64,000 nt of DNA from Octopus vulgaris (GCA_951406725.2 OX597821.1:6262001-6326000), one strand, 5' to 3'; positions 26,281 through 39,794 are shown, numbered from the stretch's first letter. The notes: generated from the sequence alone by a model not told the origin. Numbers and translations are program-made.

Positions 26281-27090
26281 AAACTTACTCTCCCTCCTCT
26301 TCCACCTCCTCCTCTCCTTTTCTCTTTCTCCATCCTTCTTCATCTCCTCTTTTATCCTTCTTAGTCCTCTTTTTTGCCTTTCTTCTTGCTCTTCTTCCTC
26401 CTTCATCTTATCCCCTATTCCTCTCCTTGTTTTCCCCTCTCCCTCTCCCCCGTCTGTCTGTCAATCAATCAGTACCTTCAAGATATTATGTTGGTCAATG
26501 ATTGATGTGTTTAGATTGAGATAATCTCATTCCTTCTCCTCTTTCAGTTCTATTACTAATTCACTAATCACCATCCGATAGGTGTGTATGTCTCTACATA
26601 TTTGGGTGTATGTTTTCTGATGCTTGAGTGTGTGTGTGTGTGTGTTTGTGTGTGTGTATGAATGTATGTGTTGTGTGCATGTGTGTATTTGTATGTATGT
26701 GCTTATGTGTGTATGCATGTGGGCGTGTGTACGTGTGCATGTGTGAGTGTGCGTGCACACGCACATGTGCATATGTGTATATTTGTGTATTTATGTATGT
26801 GTTTATGTATATCTTTTGTCAGTGCTTTGATATATAAATACATATAAGTATAGATATGTGTATATATATATATATATATATAAACACACACAGACATACA
26901 TATATGTATGTATAGAAACACATTGATATTTGTTTGGGTAGGTTTCAGAAGTAATTCAATACTGTATGTTAACACCGATCCTTCTCTAATTCCCTTTTAC
27001 CTTTTTATATATTCATTAATATACAAATTTTGTTTGGGTGTGGGGCAGGTAAGCAGGGCACACGTGCATGTGTCTGTGAGTGCATGTGCA

Positions 27091-27134
<44 letters not shown>

Positions 27135-27198
27135 TCTTCCCTCTTCACTCTCATTATCTTAGCATTACTTGTGCTTTCTCTCTCTGACTCTTACTCAC

Positions 27199-27265
<67 letters not shown>

Positions 27266-27829
27266 GGATGGATGGATGGATGGATGGATGGACGGACGGA
27301 TGAATGGATGGGTAGACAGAAGGATTAAGGAAAAACCTGACTACTTACATATGTCACATTTGTAGGTATGCATTAATCTATCTTTGTTTGTGTGTATGTG
27401 TGCATATACACATTAATCTTTGTATATGTATAAATATGTGTGTGTGTGTGTATACATATACACACTCGTTTACATTAATCTGTTCCACTGCTGTTGTGTG
27501 TGTGTTTGTGTGTGTATATAAATATATATATATATTAACATATATACATATATACATTCATTCATATTAATCTGTCTGTCCATGTCTGTGTGTATATGTG
27601 CATATAATATATATCATCATCATCATCATCATCGTTTAACGTCCGTTCTCCATGCTAGCATGGGTTGGACGGTTCGACTGGGGATCTGGGAAGCCAGAAG
27701 GCTGCACCAGGCTCCGGTCTTACCTGGCAAAGTTTCTACAGCTGGATGCCCTTCCTAACGCCAACCACTCCGAGAGTGTAGTGGGTGCTTTTTACGTGCC
27801 ATATATTTATATATATATATATATATATG

Positions 27830-27869
<40 letters not shown>

Positions 27870-28759
27870 GTATGTATGTATATATGTATGTATGCATGCA
27901 TGCATATGCACACATGCATTAATATGTATGTGTATGTGTTGTGTGTATCTATGTACATTAAAGGTAGTGGTTTGCAGCTTTGTTAGACAAGCAGGTAACA
28001 TGCTTTGACGGGAAGCTAGCAGAGTCATTTGCTCACCAGCACAAAATGCTTGGCAGCATTTTGTATGTCTACATTCCAAGTTCAAATTTTGCCAGGGCTG
28101 ACTTAGCCTCTCATGGTTTCAGTGTCGATAAAATAAGCATGAGTTGAACACTGGGGTCAATGTAATTGACTTACACAACCCAGCCCAAAATTGCTGGCAT
28201 TGTGCCAAAATTTGAATTTAATATTTGTTCCAGCTCTTTGAGCTTTGAGTGCAAATTCTTTCTGCGGTCAGCTTTGGTTTGTATCCTTTTGGAGTTGATA
28301 AATACTTCAAAGTCAACTGCTTTCTCTGCTCTGGATTGTGCTGATTCAATTTGGGATTTAAGGGATACACATCAATGGAATACTCAACCAAATTCATGTT
28401 GATTTCATAGTAATTCAACAGGTCAGATAATTGGATTCTCATCTTCAAGATTGACAGAAAATCCTCTACACATACATTAATCTATGTGAGTGTGTGTGTA
28501 CGATAATCTCTATGAGGGTGTTTAATCTCTGTTTGTAAGTGCCTACATTAATCTCTGAGTGCACCTATGTGTATACATTCATTAGTGAGTGCATGTATGT
28601 ATGTATGTGTGTCTATATACATTAATCCATCTATGTTTATCTCTATCTATGCATGTATTAATGTGTCTGTGTCAGTGTGTATTTCAATTAAATTTTGTGT
28701 GTAGAGTGAGTGTCTATATGTATATACATTAATTTGTATGTGTGTGTGAGAGAGAGAGA

Positions 28760-28823
<64 letters not shown>

Positions 28824-29439
28824 AACCCTCGTGTATAAGGAAACCCCTAATTTTAGGGGCTTAAAATTTGGAAAAACGGTTTTGTAAGAGATCATAATAC
28901 CATCCATGTATAAGAAACTCCCATATTTTTAACCTAATTTTTGACAAAAAGGGGTTCCTTACACATGTTAAAATACATCTGGTGCCGGTGCCATGTAAAA
29001 AGCACCCAGTACACTCAGTTAAGTGGTTGACATGGGGAAGGGCATCCAGCTGTAGAAACCATCCTAAAACAGACGATGGAGTCTGATATGGCTTCTGGCT
29101 TTGCTATCTCCTGTCAAACTGTCCATCCCATGCCAGCATGGAAAATAAACATTAAATGATGATGGTGAGGAAACTGAAAGAAGCCTGTTGTGTTTGTCCA
29201 CCCATCACCGCTAAACAACTGGTGTTGGTGTGCTTATGTCTCCATAACTTAGCTGTTTGGCAAAGGAGGCTGACAGAATAAGTACTAGGTTTAAAAGATA
29301 AATCCTGAGGTTGATTTGTTCGACTAAAACCCTTCAATGCAGTGCTCTAGCATGGCCACAGTCAAATGACTGAAACAAGTAAAAGAATAAAAGAATATAT
29401 GTGTTTATATATATATAATAATTATATATATGTATATAT

Positions 29440-29676
29440 ATTCTTTTATTTGTTTCAGTCATTTGACTTCAGCCATGCTGGAGCACAGCTTTAAAGGGTG
29501 TTAGTTGGAGAAATCTACCCCAAGAGTTAGTCTTTATAAGCCTAACATGTATTCTATCAATCACTTTGGCCGAACTGCTAAGTTATGGGGGACACGTATA
29601 CACCCACATGAATTGTCAAGCAATGGTGGGGGACAAACACAAACACAGAGACACACAAATACATACATACATACAT

Positions 29677-29714
<38 letters not shown>

Positions 29715-29860
29715 GACGGGATTCTTCCAGTTTCCACAGACTTTGGTCGGTCCAAGGCTAAAGCAGAAGACACTTGCCCAAAGTGCCATGCAGTGGGATG
29801 GAACCTGGAACCATGTGGTTGGTAAGCAAGCTTCTTACCACACAGCCACATCTGTGCCTA
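29440..29860 (-). mobile_element. SINE family A
   Basis: Reverse-complement homology to 7035-7440. Confidence 0.8.
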
Positions 29861-30439
29861 TATATATCATCATCATCATCATCATTGTTTAACGTCTACT
29901 TTCCATGCTGGCATGGGTTGGATGGTTTGACTGGGGACTGGTGAGCCAGATGGCTGCACCATGCTCCAATCTGATCTGGCAGAGTTTCTACAGCTGGATG
30001 CCCTTCCTAATGCCAACCACTCCGAGAGTGTAGTGGGTGCTTTTACGTGCCATCGGCATGAGGGCCAGTCAGGTAGTACTGGCAGTATATATATATATAT
30101 ATATCACCGTGATCACCATGACCGACCAGGCTATCAGATGTTGTTACACATCGCTGGTCACAATGCGCTTCGCATTGTTTTAGCCTTCGAATGACGCCAC
30201 CCCGCAGGCTAAGCGAGCAGGCCAATATATATATATGTATATTCATTTTACAATGTGTTTATTATGGTAGTTTTGACTTTAAGAGTCCCTCCTAGTATGA
30301 AGCATTTATGTATAGTAATGCCCTTAATATAAATAAATATATTTAAAGGGTTAAATTAATAAATGTTTCCTTTATGAAGTTTTTCATGCTATCTACTGAT
30401 AAATTCTTATAAAGATTTTATCCTATTTTTTAAATTGTA

Positions 30440-30477
<38 letters not shown>

Positions 30478-30478
<1 letters not shown>

Positions 30479-30890
30479 TCTTTTACTCTTTTTTACTCTT
30501 TTACTTGTTTCAGTCATTTGACTGCGACCATGCTGGAGCACCACCTTTAGTCGAGCAAATCGACTCCAGGACTTATTCTTTGTAAGCCTAGTACTTATTC
30601 TATTAGTTTCTTTTTGCCGAACCACTAAGTTATGGGAATGTAAACACAGACACACAGACAGCGATGGTGGAGGGGGACAAACACAGACACACAAACATAT
30701 ACACACACACACATACATGCATATATATATATGATGGGCTTCTTTCAGTTTCCGTCTACCAAATCCACTCACAAGGCTTTGGTTGGCCCAAGGCTATAGT
30801 AGAAGACACTTGTCCAAGGTACCATGCAGTGGGACTGAACCCGGGACTATGTGGTTGGTAAGCTAGCTACTTACCACACAGCCATTCCCA
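30478..30890 (-). mobile_element. SINE family A
   Basis: Reverse-complement homology to 7035-7440. Confidence 0.82.
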
Positions 30891-31254
30891 AATATTAATC
30901 TGTGTGTGTGTGTGTGTGTGTGTGTATGAGTGTGTGTGCATGTGTATGTTTATGCTTATAGCTATGTATGTACATATTAAGCTGTCAACATGTGCTCCAT
31001 GTATGTGTACACACACACATACACACACACATGCATACACATGTATTTGTATTAATCTCTTTATGTGTTTTTTTAACGCATTTATTCTTCCTGTTTCTCT
31101 CTCTCTCCCTCTTTATCTCTCTCCCTCTCTCTCCCTCTCTCTCTATCTCTTTCACTCTCTCTTTCTTTCCATTAGCCCCTCTCCTCTTTGTTTTCTCAAT
31201 TTACTACTCTTTCTCTATGTAAATACAAGCATATGATAACCTAGCAATAGAGAA

Positions 31255-31405
31255 CACACACATTTAGGCTTATACACCACACACACACACATACATATAG
31301 GCTTATACACCACACACCCACACACACACATACATATAGGCTTATACACCACACACCCACACACACACATACATATAGGCTTATACACCACATACACACA
31401 CACAC
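31255..31405. repeat. Tandem repeat ~36-40 bp x4
   Basis: aggcttatacacca plus (CA)n, repeated four times. Confidence 0.8.
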
Positions 31406-31733
31406 GTATATATGTATATGTGTATGTGGGTGCTAAATCACAAGTCAAGATCAGCTGGGTCGGTAATTAATAGTTTTATAAGCTAAGTCTAAACATCTCA
31501 GTCAGCAGCACCAGGTATAGTAATTAATTAAGAACAAGTAGGAGCCTGGTTTTTAGGATTTTTTGTATTTTTACCTGTGCAAAGGTTCGTATAAAACTCT
31601 GCCTTTCATTTCTTGTTCTGAAAAATGTCTTTTATTGTTATGTAACAATATTCCTTTATTCCTTTTATTTGTTGCAGATAATAACATACACAAAGCTACA
31701 TGCACAGCACAAGCCCATGCACACACACACACA

Positions 31734-31800
<67 letters not shown>

Positions 31801-32118
31801 ACACACACACGTATTTATTTCATGGTTGTTAAGTGACAAATAATAACAAATATGTAAATATGTACTAATAAAAGCAGTCAATAATGGGAATAAAGTAAAA
31901 TTTATATTCCTTGTCAGAAGACTTCAGCACCCCCCCCCCCTCACACATATAAATGCATATATATACGAATGTATGTATATATATATGTGTGTGTTAGAAT
32001 TATATTCATACACACACACACACACACACACGTATATATGTATGTGCATGTATACATATATATATATATATATACACATGCACACACACACATACATATT
32101 TCTATATATTGATTATAG

Positions 32119-32198
<80 letters not shown>

Positions 32199-32471
32199 CG
32201 TGTGTGTTTGTGTTCAGAAATTCAAATATGTTTGTGTATGTTTATGTATTCTGATTTGTATAGCCAAGTATACCATGTCTCTACATTTCATAAGAAGCAA
32301 CTAAAAAGGTCAGTGATAGGAATGACCGGCAGTTGTAAAACACTTTCTCACAAAAACCATCTAACCCAAACTAGTATGGTAAAAAAGAATTACTGTGGTG
32401 TTGGTGGTTGTAATCATGGTCCTGAACATCACCACCACCACCACCACCACCACCACCACACATACACACAC

Positions 32472-32506
<35 letters not shown>

Positions 32507-32507
<1 letters not shown>

Positions 32508-32708
32508 TTTATTTAAAGCAGCAGAAAATTCAACAAAAACTGTTACTCTGAGTTTCCCGTTGCCGTTCATCGGACAGTTTTGGCAACGGGAAACTCAGAG
32601 TAACAGGTTTTGTTGAATTTTCTGCTGCTTTAAATAAAGCATTTTACTCTACCACTGGTATTTGAGTACTCTTTTTTCCACCTTGTTTCACATTTATGTG
32701 TTTACTCT

Positions 32709-32710
<2 letters not shown>
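32507..32710. mobile_element. Palindromic HHR-bearing mini-element in (TA)n
   Basis: Arms 32507-32564 and 32582-32639 are reverse complements (one mismatch in 58 bp) around a 17-nt spacer. Minus-strand HHR at 32537-32580. Confidence 0.75.
32537..32580 (-). ncRNA. Minimal type I hammerhead ribozyme (U4C variant)
   Basis: AAACTGT-CCGATGA-ACG-GCAA-CGG-GAAA-CTCAGAG-TA-ACAGTTT: 7-bp stem I, GNRA-capped short stem II with first pair mismatched, GUA site. Confidence 0.68.
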
Positions 32711-32747
<37 letters not shown>

Positions 32748-32779
32748 GTATGTATATGTATATACATATACATACATAT

Positions 32780-33165
32780 ATCGTGGCACTCAGTTGGATA
32801 TGACAATGTGGGTTCCAACGACAAGATCTGATCAATGGAACAGCCTGCTCATGAAATTAATGTGCAAGTGGCTGAGCACTCCACAGTCACGTGTACCCTT
32901 AACGTAGTTCTCGGGGAGATTCAGCATGATACAGAGTGTGATAAGGTTGGTCCTTTGAAATACAGGTACAACAGAAACAGGAAGAAAGAGTGAAAGAAAA
33001 TTGTGGTGAAAGAGTACAGCAGGGTATGCTACCAACCCCTGCTGGAGCCATGTGGGGCTTTAGGTGTTTTCGCTCAATAAACACTCACAACACCCAGTCT
33101 GGGAATCAAAACCCCAATCCTACAAATGCGAGTCCACTGCCCTAACCACTGGACCATTGCGCCTT

Positions 33166-33166
<1 letters not shown>
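32780..33166 (-). mobile_element. SINE family C, tail type iii
   Basis: Reverse complement of 14284-14670. Confidence 0.82.
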
Positions 33167-33203
<37 letters not shown>

Positions 33204-33261
33204 TATATATATACATATATATATATATGTATGCATGTATGTATGTATGTATGTATGTATG

Positions 33262-33306
<45 letters not shown>

Positions 33307-33500
33307 AAATGTGACCGTGAGTGTACCGTTGGCGATTTTTTTTTGTCCGTCTTCCCTTCTTTGGATCTTTCCTTTTCCTATGTTTTTGACGAAGATCTCC
33401 ACTCGAAACGTTAAACCCTCTTTCTTTCTTTCTTTCCTGAGCGTCTAATAACACTATACTTGTTCCACGTCCTCGCGTTGTTGTATTTTCATGTTTGGAT

Positions 33501-33505
<5 letters not shown>
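33307..33505 (+). mobile_element. Short non-autonomous element with decayed minimal HHR (33382-33416), in (TA)n
   Basis: GTTT-TTGACGA-A-GATCTCCACTC-GAAA-CGTT-AAAC. Palindromic ACGT stem III as in minimal PLE hammerheads. Same family as 13375-13575. Confidence 0.6.
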
Positions 33506-33557
<52 letters not shown>

Positions 33558-33857
33558 GTATATATATATGTATATATATATATATATAGTCATAAATGAC
33601 AGAAATAGTTTGATGGAATTTTTATTCAACAATAAGCAAATTCTAATTTCATGACAAATTGTTTTGTAACTTAGAAACCTATAAATAATTTATATTATTA
33701 TATTTAATAACAAATATATTACTTGTATCGTACTATATATTCTATAAGTTTTGTTGAATGGTATAGTAAAGAACTTTTTCTTAAGTGTACTACCATACTA
33801 CCAGATTACTTGATTTCATATATTGTGACTAAAATATATATTTATATATATATATAT

Positions 33858-34070
33858 ACTCTTTATTCTTTTACTTGTTTCAGTCATTTGACTGTGGCCA
33901 TGCTGGAGCATTGCCTTTAGTCAAGCAAATCGACCCCAGGACTTTTTCTTTGTAAGCCTAGTACTTATTCTATCGGTTTCTTTTGCTGAACCGCTAAATT
34001 ACAAGGACGTAAACACACCCACATCAGTTGTCAAGCGATGTTGGGGTACAAACACAGACACACACACACT

Positions 34071-34110
<40 letters not shown>

Positions 34111-34264
34111 TACGACAGGCTTCTTTCAGTTTCCGTCTACCAAATCCACTCACAAGGCTTTGGTTGGCCTGAGGTTATATAGTAGAAGACACTTACCCAA
34201 GGTGCCATGCAGTGGGAATGAACCCAGAACCATGTGGTCGGTAAGCAAGCTATTTACCACACAG

Positions 34265-34268
<4 letters not shown>
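33858..34268 (-). mobile_element. SINE family A
   Basis: Reverse-complement homology to 7035-7440. Confidence 0.82.
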
Positions 34269-34320
<52 letters not shown>

Positions 34321-34351
34321 ACACACACACACACACACATACACATATATA

Positions 34352-34572
34352 CAAGATTGGCCAAAAGTCACCTGACAGTAAATCAGAACCATTTAATTCC
34401 AAGATTTATTTATGTTTAACAACTGAATGAATTTAATACAAGCATCTGAATAAAAACTGTTCAAACTGAAGTCCTTCTTGAGCAACACATTTTTCCATTT
34501 GAGTCAATACAGAATTTTAGATAGCATTTATGGAATTTTGATTTACTGTTGGGTGACTTTTGGCCAACCCTG
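34352..34572. mobile_element. Tc1/mariner-type MITE
   Basis: ~37-bp TIRs caagattggccaaaagtcacctgacagtaaatcagaa / ttttgatttactgttgggtgacttttggccaaccctg. TA on the left flank. Confidence 0.75.
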
Positions 34573-34631
34573 TGTGTAAGCTGGACATAGTCTTAATTGA
34601 GAAAGAAAACAAACTATGCTGGATCATAGAC

Positions 34632-35020
34632 AGGCGCAGGAGTGGCTGTGTGGTAAGTAGCTTGCTAACCAACCACATGGTTCTGGGTTCAGTCCCAACG
34701 CGTGGCATCTTGGGCAAGTGTATTCTGCTATAGCCCCAGGCCGACCAATGCCTTGTGAGTGGATTTGGTAGACGGAAACTGAAAGAAGCCTGTCGTATAT
34801 ATGTATATATATATATATGTATGTGTGTATGTTTGTGTGTCTGTGTTTCTTCCCCTAGCATTGCTTGACAACCGATGCTGGTGTGTTTACGCCCCCATCA
34901 CTTAGCGGTTCGGCAAAAAGAGACCGATAGAATAAGTACTGGGATTACAAAAAGAATAAGTCCCGGGGTCGAATTGCTCGACTAAAGGCGGTGCTCCAGC
35001 AAGTAAAAGAGTAAAAGAGT
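34632..35020 (+). mobile_element. SINE family A
   Basis: Homology to 7035-7440. Confidence 0.82.
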
Positions 35021-35250
35021 ATAGCATGCCCAGCAGAGAAAAATAAGGGAGACTCTATGTAATCCCTTGACTTGTGTCTAGATTTCCCTTAAAGCACATT
35101 TTACGGTTGTAAAAAGTGTATAGTGCATTGAATAATGTAGTCCTAGGTAAACTATGACTGTATAATAAAACTGACAATCATAACTGGGAAATTTCTGATC
35201 TTTGGTCTGTTTTATCAAAGCAGAATCATTTGGACTGAAAAAAAAAAACA

Positions 35251-35680
35251 AGGAGTGGCTGTGTGGTAAGAAGCTTGCTTCCCAACTATATGGTTCTGGG
35301 TTCAGTCCCACTGTGTGGTACTGTGGGGAAGTGCCTTCTACTATAGCCTTGGGCCAACCAAAGCCTTATGAGTGGATTTGGTAGACAGAAATTGAAAGAA
35401 GCCCATCTTATATATATAGATATATATGTATATATTTGTATATACATATATATACATATATATATTTGTATATGTGTGTGTATGTGTTTATCCCTCCCCC
35501 ACCATCTCTTGACAACTGATGTTGGTGTGTTTACGTCCCTGTAACTCAGTGGTTCAGCAAAAGAGAACGATAGAATAAGTACTAGGCTTACAAAGCATAA
35601 GTCCTGGGCTCGATTTCTTCAAGTAAAGGTAGTGCTCCAGCATGGCCACTGTCAAAGACTAAAACAAGCAAAAGAATAAA
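35251..35680 (+). mobile_element. SINE family A
   Basis: Homology to 7035-7440. Confidence 0.8.
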
Positions 35681-36780
35681 TGTACCATAAGCAAACAAGG
35701 GAACGTTTTCATGGTTGCATCATCTGCTAGAAATTACAGCCTAATTCCTTTCCAATCACTATCTTTTTATAAAGGAAAGGATGAGCTGGATAATATATCT
35801 TAGACACCCTATGACAGTCACCTATGGTTCGTGAGTCTTTGACCTTAGATCTCACCAATCCAAGCAGATCTTGGCTGAACTACAAAACATACACACATGT
35901 GTATCATTTGATTCTTCATTTGTCTTTTGCATTACTTTTCCATTCTAGAATGGCTGAATAAATTTTTGAGGCATTGTTTTAAAACCATATTCTGCTCCTA
36001 TTGTTGTCCCTTGTTCTGATTTTTTATTTTTATTTTTTTTTTCAAATGAGGGGCTTCAAATGAGGCACACATGTTTGAAGGTGTTTAATTAGCGAGTGAT
36101 TCATTGATAAGGAACCTGTTACTCTATATACTGCTTATGTAACTTAGTGACGCTTCAGAGAAGAAGCACAAATTGAAACAGACATACACACATGTGTGTG
36201 TGCGCACACACGCACACACACACATACACACACACACTCACACACACATGAATGTGGACACAGACCCACATGTGGACACAGATGTACACACATGCACATA
36301 ATACTCACATACACATACACACACATGCATGCACACACAGACACACATATGTGACAGGCTTCTTCCAGTTTCCAATTAATAAAACACTAACAAGGCTACG
36401 GTCAACCCAAGCAGAAGACACTTGCTCAAGCTGCTACACTGTGTGACTGAACCCAAAATGACACAAAAGAGATCAATAGAATAAGTACTAGGCTAACAAA
36501 GAATAGGTCGTGGGCTTGATTTGTTCAACTAAAGGTGGTGCTCCAGTATGGTCACAATCAAATGACTGAAGCAAGTAAAAGAATAAAAGAAAAGAATATG
36601 TGTATGTAAGAATGTATGTATGTATGTATGTATGTATGTATGTATGTATGTATATATGTATATATATATATATACATTACACAAATTCTGAACATTCCTT
36701 TTGAATTTTTTTCTGAGATAGGTACTCATATACTCCACTATGTATGATTAAATACACTGATTAAATATTCCTTTACACGT

Positions 36781-36828
<48 letters not shown>

Positions 36829-37193
36829 CCTCCTCCACAAAACAAACAAACCAATAAAAGCACCTTTTTTTGTTTTGGCAGTGACTGTTTTTGATATTGT
36901 TTATGTAGGAACACCCAAACATAGAAAGAAAAATCATTCTCGACTACCTATCTATCTACCTGCATGCAAAGAAATATATTTGAATATACATACATAGTTG
37001 TACAGACATACATGCATACATATATACATATACATATCCATCCATCCACCCATCCATCCATCCATCCATCCATACATGCTTACATGTATACATGCATAGT
37101 TATATACAGGGTGGGCCAAAAGTCAGTCACAAAATAAGTTCAATATACTTTGGAATTATTAAATACATGTTTCACTTTTTCCAAAATTGAAAT

Positions 37194-38627
37194 CATCATC
37201 ATCATCATCATCATCATCGTTTAACGTCCGTTCTCCATGCTAGCATGGGTTGGACGGTTCGACCGGGGATCTAGGAAGCCAGAAGGCTGCACCAGGCTCC
37301 AGTCTTATCTGGCAATGTTTCTACAGCTGGATGCCCTTCCTAACGCCAACCACTCCGTGAGTGTAGTGGGTGCTTTTTACGTGCCACCTGCACAGGTGCC
37401 AGGCGAGGCTGGCAACGGCCACAGTAGGATTGGTGTATTTTATGTGCCACCGGCACAGAAACCAGTCGAGGCGGCGCTGGCATCGGCCACGAGTCAGATA
37501 GTGCTTTTTACGTACCACCAGACCAGGGATCCTGGCTGGTTCAATTCGATTTCGATTTCGCTTGCCCCAACATGTCTTCGCAAGCAAAGGGGGTTGGCAT
37601 GAGTGCCTGTCATCGGATGAGGTTCTATATCGACTTCACTTGCCTCAACAGGTCTTTGTGTCCAAGGGAGGAAAGGCATGCATAAGTGGGCTGGGCTCAC
37701 TTGTCCTGCCGGGTCTTCTCACGTACAGCATATTTCCAAAAGTCTTGGTCGCTGGTCATTTCCTCAGTGAGGCCTAAAGTTCGAAGGTCGTGCTTCACCA
37801 CCTCGTCCCAGGTTTTCCTGGGTCTACCTCTTCCACGGGTTCCCTCAACTGTTAGGGATTGGCACTTTCTCACACACCTATCTTCATCCATTCTCGCCAC
37901 ATGACCATACCAGCGCAATCGTCTCTCTTGCACACCACAACTGATGCTTCTTAGGTACAACTTTTCTCTCAAGGTACTAACGCTCTGTCGAGTATGTACA
38001 CTGACATTACACATCCATCAGAGCATACTGGCTTCATTCCTCACGAGCTTACGCATGTCCTCAGCAGTCACGGCCCATGTTTCACTGCCATGTAGCATGG
38101 CTGTTCGTACACATACATCATACAGTCTGCCTTTTACTCTGAGCGAGAGGCCTTTAGTCACCAGCAGAGGTAAGAGCTCCCTAAACTTTGCCCAGGCTAT
38201 TCTTATTCTAGCAGTTACACTTTCAGTGCACCCACCCCCACTACTGACTTGGTCACCTAGATAACGGAAGCTATCAACTACTTCTAGTTTTTCCCCCTGG
38301 AAAGTGACGGAAGTTGTTTTCTGCAGATTTTCGGAGGTTAATGCTCCCGAGCATCTGCCACATACAAAAACTATCTTCCCAGTTAGCCTACCTTTGACAT
38401 TGCTGCACCTCTTATGTGTCCATAGCTTACACTGGGTACATCTTATAGAGTTTCTACCTACACCTTTTCTACAGATCGAGCAGGGCCATCTTCCTGAAGA
38501 CATTTGTGGATTGTCTACCTTCCTACTTATTAGTACTTTGGTTTTAGCTAGGTTGACTCTAAGGCCCCTCGATTCTAAACTCTCCTTCCACATCTGGAAC
38601 TTCTCCTCCAGTTCTGATAGTGACTCA
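37194..38627 (-). mobile_element. 5'-truncated RTE-clade LINE (RT C-terminal half, 3' UTR, (GAT)n tail)
   Basis: ORFs 38018..38719 and 37697..38014 are in frame across one TGA: GLRVNLAKTKVL, VDSFRYLG, RIRIAWAKF, MLHGSETW, RRLRWYGHVARM, RGRGRPRKTW. 3' UTR 37194-37696 ends in (GAT)n. Possible TSD gaaat (37189-37193 / 38628-38632). Confidence 0.93.
37697..38627 (-). pseudogene. RTE reverse transcriptase fragment with PHD-like insert and one premature stop
   Basis: CSIC-x10-CTQC-x4-H-x2-C-x14-CGRC lies between the KTK and FRYLG motifs. Stop at 38018-38020 is probably CGA>TGA. Confidence 0.88.
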
Positions 38628-38714
38628 GAAATAAATAAAATAATGATGAATGCACACGTGCTTGTGCATGATGGACAAAATGAACAACAACAACAACAAC
38701 AACAATGTACTATA

Positions 38715-39076
38715 AACAAGAGTACTCAGAGAGTGCAAACCTCCACCAAGGCACCTTAACATCCTCTTAATGATTAGCTGGAGATGATTTTTAAAACAAG
38801 AATATCTGAAATAAACTTGACTGCTCTCACAAATGAAAATACTAAAAATGAACCCAACTGCTCTCAAAAATTAAGCAAAAAAACTGGAAAAATAATCCAG
38901 AATCCTTGTCTGGTACCAGATTGATCCCAAAATCTAATCAGTTCTTGCTAGTCATGAGGCCAAACATCCATGAAAATTTCATCCGAATCCATCCAGTGGT
39001 TCTTGAGATATCTTGTCCATGGACAAACAAACAAACAAGCAAAAAAATACCCCTGCCTTCGCTAAGGTGGAGGTAA
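38715..39076 (-). mobile_element. DINE-1/HINE-like (Helentron-associated) non-autonomous element
   Basis: Subterminal inverted repeats acctccacc (38739) / ggtggaggt (39066), short terminal hairpin actc-aga-gagt, aacaagag end, internal (ACAA)n. Same layout as Drosophila DINE-1. Confidence 0.65.
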
Positions 39077-39347
39077 CAAAATGGTAAATGTTTTGGTGCA
39101 TGACTTTTGGCCCTCCTTGTATATATAGCTATTTGGGACAGAAAAAATATTGCATATAGTTGTAGGAGTTATTTGCTCTGCAAATGTGAACATATCTTCC
39201 AAAACCAGTAAGAAAGAATATTTATAGACAGTTCAGCCCCACTGTGTGGCACTTTGGGCAAATGTCTTCTACTAAAGCTTCAGGCTGACCAAAGGTTTGT
39301 GAGCAGATTTTGTAGGCAGAAACTGAAAGAAACCTGTCAAATATATC

Positions 39348-39549
39348 TCTTTTTACTTGCTTCGGTCATTTGGCTGCGGCCATGCTGGAGCACCGCCTTT
39401 AGTCGAGCAAATCGACTCCAGGATTTATTCTTTGTAAGCCTAGTACTTATTCTATCAGTCTCTTTTTGCTGAACCGTTAAGTTACAGGGATGTAAACACA
39501 CCAGCATCAGTTATCAAGTGATGTTGGGAGGACAAACACAGACACACAA

Positions 39550-39635
<86 letters not shown>

Positions 39636-39794
39636 GGCTGCTTTCAGTTTTTGTCTACCAAATCCACTCACAAGGCTTTGGTTGGCCCGAGGCTATAGTA
39701 GAAGACACTTGCCCAAGATGCCATGCAATGGGACTGAACCCAGAACCATGTGGTTGGTAAGCAAGCTACTTACCACACAGCCACTCCTGCGCCT
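39348..39794 (-). mobile_element. SINE family A nested in an oppositely oriented family A copy (~39230-40045)
   Basis: Full minus copy flanked by the 5' part (39230-39340) and 3' part (39800-40045) of a plus copy. Confidence 0.78.

Larger units (their letters stand above)
37107..39119. mobile_element. Tc1/mariner-type MITE split by nested RTE and HINE-like insertions
   Basis: TIRs cagggtgggccaaaagtca / tgacttttggccctccttg (17/19), TA on both sides. Related to the 34352 TIR. Confidence 0.7.

Noticed and set aside
28821-28978. pogo/Tigger-like MITE fragment
   Set aside because: Only one degenerate terminus is visible; not enough to call.
38018-38020. In-frame TGA in the RTE ORF as programmed readthrough or selenocysteine
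   Set aside because: Falls at a position expected to be Arg (MLRWM), consistent with CpG decay in a dead truncated copy.
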